A stretch of DNA of 63,317 nucleotides, filler included, from Rhabdomonas costata (taxonomy: Eukaryota): NCBI GenBank assembly GCA_019059605.1. It is 36 parts of 36 records of this genome, joined end to end, with 100 filler letters (N's around TTAATTAATTAA, not from the genome) between each part and the next. Parts side by side here need not be neighbours in the genome. Positions count along the whole stretch, not along the records: positions 1 to 1,663 come from JAHMHO010011090.1; positions 1,764 to 3,426 come from JAHMHO010011091.1; positions 3,527 to 5,189 come from JAHMHO010011092.1; positions 5,290 to 6,951 come from JAHMHO010011093.1; positions 7,052 to 8,735 come from JAHMHO010011094.1; positions 8,836 to 10,495 come from JAHMHO010011095.1; positions 10,596 to 12,257 come from JAHMHO010011096.1; 29 more parts are not named here. One strand, 5' to 3'. A program made the translations under genes and the position numbers. Below are positions 1 to 11,658 of this stretch, in pieces (the stretch's first letter is position 1; each line of letters begins with the position of its first letter). The notes under the pieces were generated by a model that made no database searches, had not been told where the DNA came from, and saw nothing but the letters and a program-made list of their open reading frames with translations.

Positions 1-27
1 TTTGTTTTTTGCTCTTTTGTTGCTCAG

Positions 28-301
28 CCCGTGGGGCGCCTGCAGCGTCAGCTGCGGCGGTGGCACCCAGACCCGGACCCGGAACTTCCTTTCGGGCACC
101 TTTTGCGAGCAGACCACCGATATGCAGTCATGCAATGGGCAGCGCTGTCCATGCACCCCAAGGCAGATCTGCGATCCCCCAGTTTGCCACAACGACTGCG
201 AGTGCTGCAAGTGGTTATGGCTCTTCGGATGTAACGGAGACTACAGCTGCAACTGTAGAAATGTGTGTGATCCTCCGGCGTGCCGCACCATTTGTGAGTA
301 A
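28..301 (+). CDS. Terminal exon of a thrombospondin type-1 repeat (TSP1) protein with a Cys-rich tail
   Basis: A pyrimidine tract and AG acceptor (26-27) precede PWGACSVSCGGGTQTRTR...QSCNGQRC, which matches the TSP1 consensus WxxCSxxCGxGxxxRxR. A Cys-rich tail follows, ending at TAA 299-301. Confidence 0.8.
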
Positions 302-1663
302 GCTGAGGCTGTCTAGGAGGGATGGAGGCATTGCTACAATCCCTTCCTCGCGGCCTTTGCTCATTGCATTTGCATATATACCCCCTACGGGTTTCATTCA
401 GCCTTCTTGTCGCAGTGAGATGTTTTTCCTTTCCATCGGGAGCCTCGTTCTCACAAAGTTGACGCTCCTCGCTCCGTTCTTTCTGTGGAAAATGGCGTCT
501 TCTTGGCCCCTTGCATTTTGAGTTTCGTTCTGGCTTTGTCGTTTCGCTCTCTGCTTTAGCCGATGCCCAGCGCTTTCTTTTTTTTTTACTTTCTCATCTC
601 GTACTTAGCCTATAACCCAGCTCTCTTCTCATTACTCTCACTTCCAATGCATTTGTTCTTGAAAAGTTGCCGTTGCCTGATGATTTATATGGATCGTTTG
701 CACTTCACCTTCCACCACCCTCCTTTTTTTGTGAACAGCTGAACAACCCGTATGTGAACGCGCCAGTAGGTTTTTGCGTTTGTGGTTCTGTGTGATGTAT
801 TTCTGTGTGATGTATTGTGTTCTTTCTCAGTTTTCATCTGATGATGAAATTCCGCAAACAAAAAAAAACCTCCTGATCGGCCTCCTGCACTGGTGAGCAG
901 CAGCCATCATTGTCCTGGTTTGGTGTTATTTGTGTGCTTTCTAGTATCCGAGGTTGGAGAGGTGATGTCAGAGCTCTTGCATTCAAGGTTCTGATCTGCT
1001 TGTAAGTGTCCGGGTGTGGATGCTTCGAAAATGCCTGGAGCTCCACCGCGATTAATACAAATGTTTAACAGCGGGCCGGAATGCTTCGGTTTAGAGCCAC
1101 GCTAGATGCCATTTAAGGGCCATTTTGCAGTAATTTTTGTGCCCTTTTTGCCTTTACACAGGCTTGCAAGGGCCCTTTTTGGTCCTTTGCAGGCCTGCAT
1201 ACTGATAAGAGAAAGAACTGTAGGCTCACACACCGTCCGCCCACCTGCACGCCGGTGGGCCACCAACGATTTTATTGATTTTTATTGCTTTTCTGCAATT
1301 ATCGAGTGTGAACCTTTATTCAGGGAATTAGTGCGTACCAGCAACTCTTTTTAGTGTTCGAATCACCCGAACTGTGCCTTGAGTACGCTGTGAGGTGCTT
1401 TCACGAGCCCCATTATAATGGTGGAAGCTGGGCGTGTTAGGGAGACCAATGGTCTCTGTCCGTCTGTCCGGGCACGGAGTGTGGAGAGGGGTGAGGGGCG
1501 ACGACGTGCATTATCTCTCAGTGGAGAGTGAGCTTTTGGTTTCTGTTCTTCTTGTACTCGGAACCGCATTGTTGGTCTTGCTGAGTTTTGCACGGCTATT
1601 TTTCACCTCGGGAGATTCGCCCCCAACTGTTTCGATATTCTTCTCAAAACTCCGCGAAACAAA

Positions 1664-1763
1664 NNNNNNNNNNNNNNNNNNNNNNNNNNNNNNNNNNNNN
1701 NNNNNNNTTAATTAATTAANNNNNNNNNNNNNNNNNNNNNNNNNNNNNNNNNNNNNNNNNNNN
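1664..1763. other. Artificial contig spacer, first of 35 (44 N + TTAATTAATTAA + 44 N)
   Basis: An identical 100-nt block recurs about every 1.76 kb (e.g. 3427-3526, 5190-5289, last 61557-61656). TTAATTAATTAA places stop codons in all six frames. Confidence 0.99.
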
Positions 1764-2239
1764 GGGAAGAGTCCGCCCCACTCCCGGAACCCTTTACCCG
1801 GCATGCATGCTTCTCGGGTTGTTATGCGAGTTCGGGGGTGCCCGCAAATCGCTCGCAGGCTTCCAAAAGCTCAGAACAGGAGTTGAACAATAGAGAGGAG
1901 AAACCAGCACCGCCTCGAGAAGCAAATTCTTGTGGTTGGGTTGTTGAGAAGAACAGTGCGGATTGAAGGGAGAGGTATACCGAACGTAAGGTCAGCATAA
2001 AAGATGCAGCACAACACCATGAGATCAAAAACTCAGGAGCTGCGAGCACGTTTGCCACAATCGGCGTGAGGGTTTAACATGCTGTGCAACGCTTGCAACG
2101 CAGGGCTGTCTTGGAACTAAGAAGTATATTTGGCACCTGGGTTGGGGAAGACAGCTGATTGCAAAAGGAACCCACAGCAAGCGACTCATTTGCCTGCAGT
2201 CTTTGAGCTTATTAGTGCGCTTCATCTGGCTGTTCCCGT

Positions 2240-2527
2240 TCATCCACCCCAACCCAACTTGTTAACTCTCCGTGACATTTCGCTTCCCTCGCTTGCCAAC
2301 AAGTACCCAGATACCCAGAAAACATATTTGAGCCTATTAGTGAGCTTCAGCCTGGTGTCCGAATGTTCTCCCGCCAATTTTTTCTTTCGTTGACATTTCG
2401 CTTCCCTCGCTTGCCAACGAGTACCAAGTGAACCACCTAGTGCGAGGGGGCGGGTGGCGGGACCTGTTTGAGCAGTCACGGAGCAGAAAGCAGCCACAAC
2501 CAGCGCAGCGGCGAGAAGCAGACGCAT
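2240..2527 (-). CDS. Possible small secreted protein or its decaying gene
   Basis: The ORF begins with a signal-peptide-like MRLLLAAALVVAAFCSVTAQ and lies within locally duplicated sequence. No family recognised. Confidence 0.35.
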   Translation of the reverse strand: MRLLLAAALVVAAFCSVTAQTGPATRPLALGGSLGTRWQAREAKCQRKKKLAGEHSDTRLKLTNRLKYVFWVSGYLLASEGSEMSRRVNKLGWGG

Positions 2528-3864
2528 TTTGGTTTTGAAGAGAACAGTGCGAAAAATGGAGGGAAGCGGTAAGGAGAGAGGTCAGCAACACGTATAAAGC
2601 GCACTGCGATGTTCGGAGTTCGCATACGATGCTCAACGTATCAAATCGGGACAGGACGCCTTGCAAGTCATTGCCGGAGCACTTCCTCCGAGGTCACATT
2701 CATGCATCTGACGGAATTTCTTTGAAGGGCGCGAAAGGCGTGCAACCATTGCGAGGACGAGGACTGAGCGACTTCCCCCACTTCTCTTCCCCAACACATT
2801 TCTGAAGCCGCACAGCGCAGCAAAATGGGCAGAACCCGTTCCCCAGCGCAAACGTAGAAGGGGCAAGGAGCGGCAGTGAGCGTTGGAGAGTAGGACTTGC
2901 AGCTCGCTGTTCCCATCACTCGATATATAGGGAGAGGCTTGGTGGATGCCTCCCCTCAGAAGATAGCTGGAGAGAAAGCAGGAATCGAGGTACGGAGAAA
3001 AGAGAATGGGAGGAGAAATACTCTGAGGAAGCCCAATGGTGAGGGGTGTGCAGGGCAGAAGGCAACCGTATGGCGGACAATGGCGGTGCGATGGCCGGAG
3101 CCACGTCGTGAAAACACATGCCGCGCATTGGCCCCCAGCAAGAGCTGTGGGGTGGAGACCACTTACTGCCCGACACCACTTGCGATCAGGCCAACCAGAG
3201 AAGCAAGCGCACAGATCGACTGAAGGAGAGAAGAGGGAGGAGGAGATGGCAAAAAAAAAGTACAGTCCATCCAGGGGGCAGACCATTCAGAAGCCACGCT
3301 GGTGGAGGTGGAGGTAATGGTGCGTCTTTTTTCTTTGTTGCTGAACCAGAAAAGGTGGGAATGAAGAGGGGCTAACTTCCAAGAGAGGAGAAATGGAAAG
3401 ACGCACCATTACCCCCACCCCCACAANNNNNNNNNNNNNNNNNNNNNNNNNNNNNNNNNNNNNNNNNNNNTTAATTAATTAANNNNNNNNNNNNNNNNNN
3501 NNNNNNNNNNNNNNNNNNNNNNNNNNGGGTGGGGGTCTTTCAAAAATTTGACTTTTGCTCTTTCACGAAGATATTTTCTGCAGAACACTGCGCGATCAAA
3601 AATCCTCTTTCTCCAGTGTCGTCCATGCGTTTTCACACGTTCACGAGTGCTGTCATGTCAAATCGACATGTATCGATTCTCATAGACCAAGACCGCGCAT
3701 ACTGATCTGCAGAGGCCGCCCCACACAAAACAGCAGTTTTAGGGCACATTGACAAAGCTGCCCACCAAGTAAGTAAGTAAAAATATCCACCATTTTCCAT
3801 CAACGACCGGTCATCATCTTTGGTTGATCGGGCGCTCAGGAACAACGGGCATGCGCGCGCGTGT

Positions 3865-3895
<31 letters not shown>

Positions 3896-6064
3896 CACAC
3901 AATGCAGGGAAAAAGGGACGAAAAGGGTGCACAAGGGATTGCGTTGAACAGCTACTTTTCAGAGGCGGGAAGGGGCGCCTGCGCAGCTAATGTAAACCAG
4001 CTATTCCACAAAATCAAAAAAATCGTTTGGGTGCTGCACAGAAAACTTCGCACTTTTGCGCCGAATTTCCTCAACCAACAATGAGTGACAAAAACAGCAA
4101 AAACCTGAAGCAGATGACAGAGGGAGAAGCACACCGTCCAGAGAAAATCTCCAGTGATCATGGCTCAGGCCAGAAGAAGGAAAACCGGAAAGAGAGCCGA
4201 AACAAAATGAGGTGGTTCTGGTGGTGGGGGGCAAAAAACACCAAAAACGCACCAAGCCGATGCTGCACGCAAAGGTCCAAAGGAAACAATGTGCAGGAGA
4301 CGCGCCAAGTCCAAGAGAGGGAAGCGACCGAGGTCCGAAAACCAAGAAGTGACCCGTGGCGCAGGCACACCAGTGGCTCCGAAGAGACGGGTACACGTGG
4401 CAGCAACTTCCTTCACTGTTGAGTGTTGTTTGCGCAGGTCCATGAGGTTTACAGCAAAGTTCGCACCACCGCCATAACACTCATCACTTTGCCATTTTCT
4501 GTTTTCTGCTTCCTCTGCTTTTAGAGAATGAAAGAAGAGAGGCAAAGAGGCAATGGTTGGCATGCACATCAGCAATGAATCGCAAGCAGTCTTCGCTGAG
4601 AGGATTACTGAAATACACTGAATCAACAATAACGCTGACGCAACGTGATTGAATGTACGAGAGAAAAAGATGAACGAAAGATGTACCCATGGCAGCAAGC
4701 TGAGGGTTTGCATACCAATACCCTACATATCAGAGATAGCATACATCTAACCTACCAAGAAGGACGGGCAAGAAAAAGAAACTATAGTCCCAGGCCAGGC
4801 GAGGGTGCAGAGGGAGGCAGGCCTGAAGGGCAAAGGAAGTCTGGCGGCGCAGGCACGCCAGCGAACTCGCATAACTGGAGAGGCAGGTGGGCCGAGAAGC
4901 CGTTTTTACTCCTCGCCCTTGGGTGCTTTCCGAATGGCTTGCACAAGCTAAAACCGAATCACTGCCCAGAAAAAGTTCTCTGCTCCTCCTCGGTTGTACC
5001 ATGCCATGAAATCACAGGAACAAACGAAAACGATCGCACACAATCACGGGAAGCCACTTCGTGGTGTCCCGGACCTGAGAACCCCCCCCCCCAAGCTCAT
5101 GCGAACCGGTTCAGAACCAAAAAACACTTTGAAACACAGGAAAAGAAGGGGTCCCGATGGGTTTCTGGGTGGCGGGTAAACCAAAACAANNNNNNNNNNN
5201 NNNNNNNNNNNNNNNNNNNNNNNNNNNNNNNNNTTAATTAATTAANNNNNNNNNNNNNNNNNNNNNNNNNNNNNNNNNNNNNNNNNNNNGGGGGTTGGTG
5301 GCCGGCTAATGGACCCCATCTGCGATGTGTGAGCCTTTCAGAAGACGATGGGGCTCACAAAAAGGGGGCTGTGGTGCATAAGACACGTGCGGCCGTAATA
5401 CCGGCGAGAATTCGGGGGTACACGCAACCAAAACAGCGTAAGACACCGACACCAGTGATCCGGTGACCTCAGCTTCTTTAAACTTCAAGAAATGAAGTAC
5501 ACGCGGGCACTCAACATATTTGAAACGATAAAAGTCTGCTGCAAGCCGAGATAATCCCATCAGTTCATCAACACATAACACCTGTCTCTCAATTTCGAAC
5601 CTGGTGGCCTTTTCCTTCACAACAACCCAGCAACAGACGTTCAGTCTCAATCTCTGAATGCCCTTAAGGGAAGACAGGCGGGCTTTTACAATCACGGTGC
5701 TCAACGAGGGCGGGGCGAGGTAACGTCTTTTCGAACCGACGAAGTAAGAGGATGCGCGGGGCAGGCTCCTTCCGAAAGACCACACTAATGATCTCTGCTA
5801 GAGTACTTACGTCAGACGATCTGTTTCGGACTGGCATAGGCATCAGCAGATAAAGCGGCAACTGGCATTGTGGGCGAAGCAAAAAAATCCAGAACAGGTT
5901 GAAAACTTCTGCCCAAAGCTGAACTCAGCGAAACCCTGTGGCAGGTCAGTCGAAATTCCTTCCTCGGTTGAATGCATTTGAGACGCCACCGCAAGCAAAG
6001 ATCGCTAATGAAAAAGCACACAAACAGTGACTGCCACCACCACCACACAATCCGGGGCTCCTGC

Positions 6065-6382
6065 TCAGCTGGTCCACTCCAGCAGCCCGCTGTGATTTGC
6101 AGCCACCGCCTTGAGGGCACGCCCACCCTCCTCCTGCACAGGGTTCTTGCTGAGATCCAACCGGCTGAAGTGCGGGGTCTGGCGGATCGCCGTGGCCAGG
6201 GCCACCGCCCCCTTGGGGCCCACCTTGTTGCGGAACAGGTCCAGCACCTTGAAGCTGGAGCTGCGCAGGATCGTCTCCGCTAGAGAGATGGCACCCTCAT
6301 CCCCGACGCGGTTGTCCGGCAGCCACACGCCCTCAAAGGAGGGGCATTCCACAATGGCCTTGGCAAGGGCAACGGCGCCCTC
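6065..6382 (-). CDS. Exon of an RNI-like leucine-rich repeat protein
   Basis: AG acceptor at 6384-6383, then EGAVALAKAI...LPDNRVGDEGAISLAETI...LDLFRNKVGPKGAVALATAI...LDLSKNPVQEEGGRAL (28-aa RI-like LRRs), ending at a TGA stop. Confidence 0.8.
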   Translation of the reverse strand, partial: EGAVALAKAIVECPSFEGVWLPDNRVGDEGAISLAETILRSSSFKVLDLFRNKVGPKGAVALATAIRQTPHFSRLDLSKNPVQEEGGRALKAVAANHSGLLEWTS

Positions 6383-7294
6383 CTAATAGGCCAGCATGCA
6401 CAGGGCAATTAAAAACAAGTGCGCGTGTTTTTAGCATCTTTCCAGCGTGCTCAATACAACGAAATTTGCCGTGTGCAAATGGCTATGCAAGTCCTTCAGT
6501 TTCACGAGTTTCACGAGTTTCACGAAGTTTCAAAGGTGTAGTCGACAAAGGCATCGTGCCCCTGGGAAACTCAGGTCACCTTCACCCTCACCCCCTCCCA
6601 CATAAAACTGACGTCCAGGCAATTCAACGAAATGGTGAAACAAAATCTAGCCGAAGAAAATTAGTTCCAGTGTTTTTATAGCTGCGAATACACTTAGAAA
6701 ATCCTTCTTTTCCCAAGCGAAAAACACTCGAAGGTAAACGAGCAGTTGCTCAAACCCTCCATCCGGGACCACCATAATTAAATACAACTTTGTCATCGGT
6801 TCCCATCCTGTCGGAGTCAGTAACTCCGAGCACTGCGCGCAGCCTCTATACCTCCGTCACCTCATCCGAAATCACATCCGTCAGCAAACTCTGACGCAGC
6901 AGCGCCACCTCAAGCCTTTGGGCAAAAAGCCTCCTATATTCCACAAACACCNNNNNNNNNNNNNNNNNNNNNNNNNNNNNNNNNNNNNNNNNNNNTTAAT
7001 TAATTAANNNNNNNNNNNNNNNNNNNNNNNNNNNNNNNNNNNNNNNNNNNNGGTGTTGTTGGTCCGGAGGGTCCTCGATTTATCTAATTTTCTTTCGCGC
7101 ACAAACATATACAGACGTGTAAAAACATGATTACCGTGACCCAAACCAAATGTTTTTATGACCCATTTTTTTCACGAAAAAATCCGGAGCTGATCCAAGA
7201 TCCATATATTCATACCTTACGGCATTCCCAACTGAAACACAGAATTCACCACCGTTAAACTTCCCCTTCAGAAAATTCAGAAAGAGGTGTCGAT

Positions 7295-7590
7295 CCGGAA
7301 CTGCCCAAAAGGCAAAGTCCTGGTCAGAGGTGGTCAGACGCTTTGGGTTTCCGAGGAATATTCTTAGCGAAGGAGACCCGAACTTTATGTACATCCGCAG
7401 ACCGAGGGACAAGCTGAGCGGACCAAGCCCGGTTGTGCGGGCGTGATGGCACGCTTCTCCAGACCCATCAAACATGACGCAAGTGATAACCACGCTGATA
7501 TATCGATATCGACATTCAGGCATATTTCGAAGGCTGTGGGACCGTTTTTCATTATCAAGGAGATAGCGGACACGACCTTTGTGCTACATT
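7295..7590 (+). mobile_element. Decayed Ty3/gypsy LTR-retrotransposon integrase
   Basis: EVVRRFGFPRNILSEGDPNF (7327-7386) resembles the consensus EIVRLHGxPxxIVSDRDPRF. After a frameshift come HPQTEGQAER (7392-7421, consensus HPQTDGQxER) and the GPF motif KAVGPFFIIKEIADTTFVL. Confidence 0.75.
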
Positions 7591-8121
7591 CCTCAGGAAG
7601 TGCGTGGGATAGCGCACCCACCGTTCCTTTCAATATCCCGAACGAGACAAGCGTGCTAGCAGAGAGTGATGGTAGTGAAGAAGCGGGAGGCAGCGAGCCG
7701 GATGAGGGTAGAGGTGGCCATGGTCCAGCCACATCCACGGTTTTGTCACTGGTCTCTCACGATGCTGTTGAATAGGAGTTTTTCATTTAGCCCCGCTGCC
7801 GCAGGAGGAAGCGGGCACTCAGCCACTTAGCAAGGGCGACACGTCCTCGCAGCAACCTTTGCTAATTCCATCCCTGGTTTCCTGGGACCTGAGCAGGGAG
7901 CTGAGGGAACCGGTGTTATTAATTAATTCATTTCATTATTAAAATAATATCCTCATTAATATCATCAAGGTAACATTGTTAAAACTTTCCTGAGAGTTTT
8001 GAATGTGTGTATTATCTTTTTCCCCGATGTGGCCCGTATGAGTGTAACTCATGGGCCTTCATCGATAGAAACAGTTCTGACGCCGGGCGTTGCTTACATG
8101 AAACCCGTTGCTCTTGCACAG

Positions 8122-8253
8122 GACACATGGCTGGCTCAGAACGAGACCTGCCCGATCTGCCGCACATCTGCGGTGTACGTCTCCCCACTCTCGCGGTTCC
8201 TGGACAACATCTCAAGTGCGTTGCTCCCGTTTCCGGAACGACGGAGAAGGTGA
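8122..8253 (+). CDS. Terminal exon of a RING-finger (likely RING-H2) E3 ligase
   Basis: A cag acceptor precedes DTWLAQNETCPICR, the C-terminal RING motif WL...CPxCR. Stop at 8251-8253. Confidence 0.7.
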   Translation, partial: DTWLAQNETCPICRTSAVYVSPLSRFLDNISSALLPFPERRRR

Positions 8254-8323
8254 AGGAAGACCCCCTCTGCTTCTTTGGGGCTCCCCTCACCCCACTTCGT
8301 GTCGTGGATTTTCTGGTTCCGTC

Positions 8324-8325
<2 letters not shown>

Positions 8326-8363
<38 letters not shown>
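8326..8363 (+). repeat. (TG)n microsatellite, one of many (also near 3863, 25803, 45931, 47145, 47416, 62489)
   Basis: Dinucleotide run read directly from the sequence. Confidence 0.95.
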
Positions 8364-8365
<2 letters not shown>

Positions 8366-9012
8366 CATCGGAGTCAAGGGACCTTTTCCGTTGTCCTCTG
8401 TGTTCTGGTAGGCTTGCTTTGGCCTCCTTCCTGAGGTCGTGCGTGCGTGTGTGAATGTGCACGCGCTCGCACGCGCGTGAAGGGCTGGAGGGAACTGCTC
8501 CCCACCAAAGGGCTGAGTCGCCCCCCGCACCGTTTGTGCGGGCGGCCTTCTCTTTTACCTTTGTAGGCTTTTTTCTTGTGTGCTGCACGCTTGTGCCTTT
8601 GTGCTTTGTGTTCTGTGCCTTTCGATGGCGCTGCATCAAGTTCCCAAGCGTGTGTTTGACCATGAGGAAAGCACGTGCCCAATCCCCCCCCCCCAAAAAA
8701 AAACACCAAAAAGTTCGATTTCGTCAAAAACAACANNNNNNNNNNNNNNNNNNNNNNNNNNNNNNNNNNNNNNNNNNNNTTAATTAATTAANNNNNNNNN
8801 NNNNNNNNNNNNNNNNNNNNNNNNNNNNNNNNNNNTTCCTCCTCTTTTTTTGGCACGGGCTCAAGCGATAGGAAGTGATCCCTGCAGTATCAGCGTCTTG
8901 TAGGATCCTCGAAAATGCATGGCTGCAGCTGTGGCGGACGGCCTGGATGTGAGACTCCGAGCTTCGACTTGGCGATGAGTGGGGGTTGATCGGTCAGTCT
9001 GCTTTGTTGCAG

Positions 9013-9101
9013 GGAGTGGGATCGATGTGTGCACGGCAGCCTTTGGGAGCGGGGTATACACCCGCTTTACCGCGGCCCTCCTGCAGCCCGCCCTTGAGAT
9101 G
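9013..9101 (+). CDS. Internal exon of a probable phosphomevalonate kinase (ERG8/GHMP type)
   Basis: An AG/GT-bounded exon encodes GSGIDVCTAAFGSGVYTRF, resembling the ERG8-type motif (GKxG)SGFDVxxAVYGSxxYxRF. Confidence 0.6.
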
Positions 9102-9719
9102 GTCTGTCGGGATGGGGGGTGGGGAGGGCGGTTCCGATCGAGTTTTGAACACCGGAGTGCTTTAATTCAGCTCATTGACGTGTTTTTTTTTGCTGTTGCT
9201 CTTGTTCGCTGGATGGATATTAAAGTCAACCCCAACGCTCTGCCCGCAAACAAATGAATGTGGAAATCCCTAAAATCATATTGCCACCAAACCAGGAAAC
9301 CAGACTCATACTCTTCGCCCCCCCCCCCCGGTAAGGAAGTGGTAAGGGCCATGGCATTAATGATTGCAGAAAAGAGATAGAAAATTTTTGCTAGTGCTAA
9401 AAGCATGTTGGTGAGAAAGAGTCCACGTCCTCGATGTTGTGTTGACTTGTGATAGTCGTCCGCAGATGTGGTTTGATTTCATTGTTTGGGTGCAGCTAGC
9501 TCCCCTCCCCTCAATGCACCCAAAAAACGGTGCTGGGAAAGGAAGGCCAGAGCTGCGGTGCCACTGAGGCGACCATGCAGCCTAGGGCGAGGGCTCTAAC
9601 GACGTTTTTGTTTGGTCCGCGTTCTGGCCCGCGCTTCCTCAAAAGAAGAAAAACAAAGGAAGAGTTGAAAAAAAAACATTGCCAAGATGCTGTGGGAACC
9701 CAGTTGTTTCACTACTCGC

Positions 9720-9998
9720 TTTAGCTTTCAAGTCGGAAAACGTCCGATGTAGTGCACCCTTTTTTAGTTGTGACTTTTTGGGATCGCACGGACAATATGG
9801 CCCGCGTCACCTCAAAATAAGAGGTGACAGTAGAACACCAAATCAACTTGAAAACACAAGCACAACCGATATGCACTGAATCCTAGTTTTTCACTGTCCG
9901 TTTCAGGTTCGAAGTCGGAAACCGCCTGATTTAGTGCACGCTTTTGTTAGTTGTGACTTTCTGGGGTGACGCGGACGATATCATCTCGCAGCCGAAGG
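9720..9998. repeat. Cluster of MITE-like repeat copies (forward, inverted, forward)
   Basis: The unit AAGTCGGAAA..TAGTGCAC..TTAGTTGTGACTTT..CGGAC occurs at about 9720-9797 and 9905-9998. CCGCGTCACCTC at 9802 is inverted relative to GGGGTGACGCGG at 9963. A homologous copy lies at about 15970-16141. Confidence 0.6.
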
Positions 9999-11658
9999 TG
10001 TGAGCATCAGCGACGTATTCCCATGGTAAAAGTCGGATGCTGCACGTGTTCTCCATTCTTTTTCTTCGCATTTTCCCTCAGTGAACTTGAACACCACGCA
10101 TTCTTCATAATGTCACCAGAGTAATTTATTACGTTGCCCTTTTCGTGGACCCTGAACACTCTGTGCGCTGCTACCGTGATCTTTCGTTCAAAAAAAAAGT
10201 CGGGGTTCAGTCGAGGCAATGTAAACCAGCTGCATGCTGATTTGTGACCCCTTTGTTGTGGTGACTAGCTTTTCACAGAAGCAGATGAGTGACTGCTGCC
10301 CCTTGAGTTCATAATTATGCGCAAACACAATCACAATACATGCTCTTCTGCACACCCGCGGAGGGGGAGGTGTCTCAGGGAGTGGCGGAGTCGGGGCTGC
10401 AGTGCTGTGGCGGCGGCCCTCCTCACCGCCCGCCTCCCCGACATCGGGAATCCATTCTGTGCCTGACCCCAAGCCCCCCAAGTCCTCGCGATATTNNNNN
10501 NNNNNNNNNNNNNNNNNNNNNNNNNNNNNNNNNNNNNNNTTAATTAATTAANNNNNNNNNNNNNNNNNNNNNNNNNNNNNNNNNNNNNNNNNNNNGTTGG
10601 GACAAAGGGGGCATCGGTTTTGCATCTTGCGGGGTACCACGCATTGCACGTACGGGGGATTGCGCGCCTTCAACGGCTGACCTGTATCTTGCTTTTTGGG
10701 GGTACATTTTAAGGAAGATAATGGCATTTTACGAAAATGCATGGACCGTTCCGTCATTCCCTTGTGCTTGTTGCCTTTGGGCAACCTGCAAAACCCTTGC
10801 AGAATATTCCCCGGGCGCAACTTCATATCAACGGCCGCTTTAGATCGCATCCCATAAAGCGCGTTAAACCTAGAAGAAACCGTGCGATTTATAAAGAAGA
10901 ATGGTCAGTGAAATGGGCAAGCCCCGGCGACCCTTTTAACCCTTTCGAAAGGTTCGGCAAAATCACGCTTACGGGTACTTCAGTGATTACGTTCAACCGA
11001 TCTCAAGTTGCACTCCTGGAGCACCCGGCTGTCGCGCGCAAGGCGCTGCTGTGTCTGGCGTTTCGGAGCCCCCCCTATCAAACATATTCTTCTACCAACG
11101 ACAACTTTGGCGGATCACCGGTCACCCGAAAGGGCACGGCCGTGCCGCTTACCCTTCATCCACCCAAAGGCACGATGTTTTTGCTACGGGCACGCTGCGT
11201 ATAACCATCGCGCTGCGTGCCAGTTCGAAAATACTTTGTGATATGCTGTTTGAACAATTTGAACTTTTAGTTGAACGATACTGTTGTTGATCAGGTTTAA
11301 GTTCAAGTTCAACAGGTGTCATGAGGTGCCGGTAACAAGCACATATGATAATGCATTGGTGCCACAGCCCTGCACCATATACTGTCGTCGTACACATCAA
11401 CAGCACTCCATCCACTTGAACAATCACCATCAGTCCAAAAGCGAGCAGTTCTCCGATGTTCCGACAACACTGCCCTCCATGAACACCAAAGAAGCAAAGA
11501 AGCAGAAGCAACGTGCAAGGGCTGGACGACTGAAACCCTCCGCCACAAACAGCCGAGGACACGCTTCAAGTTGACGCCGAAAAGTTGCAGCCAGCTGGGA
11601 CCCACTTGACAATGTCAACTGCCATTGTTCTGCTGCCGCTGCTACGAGCAAAGTGAGC

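Noticed and set aside
670..850. TGATGA motifs as box C/D snoRNAs
   Set aside because: No convincing box D, terminal stem or guide sequence could be assigned by eye.
7131..7738. Minus-strand ORFs of 130 and 117 aa as genes
   Set aside because: They are antisense shadows of the decayed plus-strand integrase.
8007..8787. ORFs with CVCVCV or THTHTH runs as metal-binding proteins
   Set aside because: These are translations of (TG)n/(CA)n microsatellites. The same applies near 3863, 25803, 45931 and to the poly-His frame at 19500.
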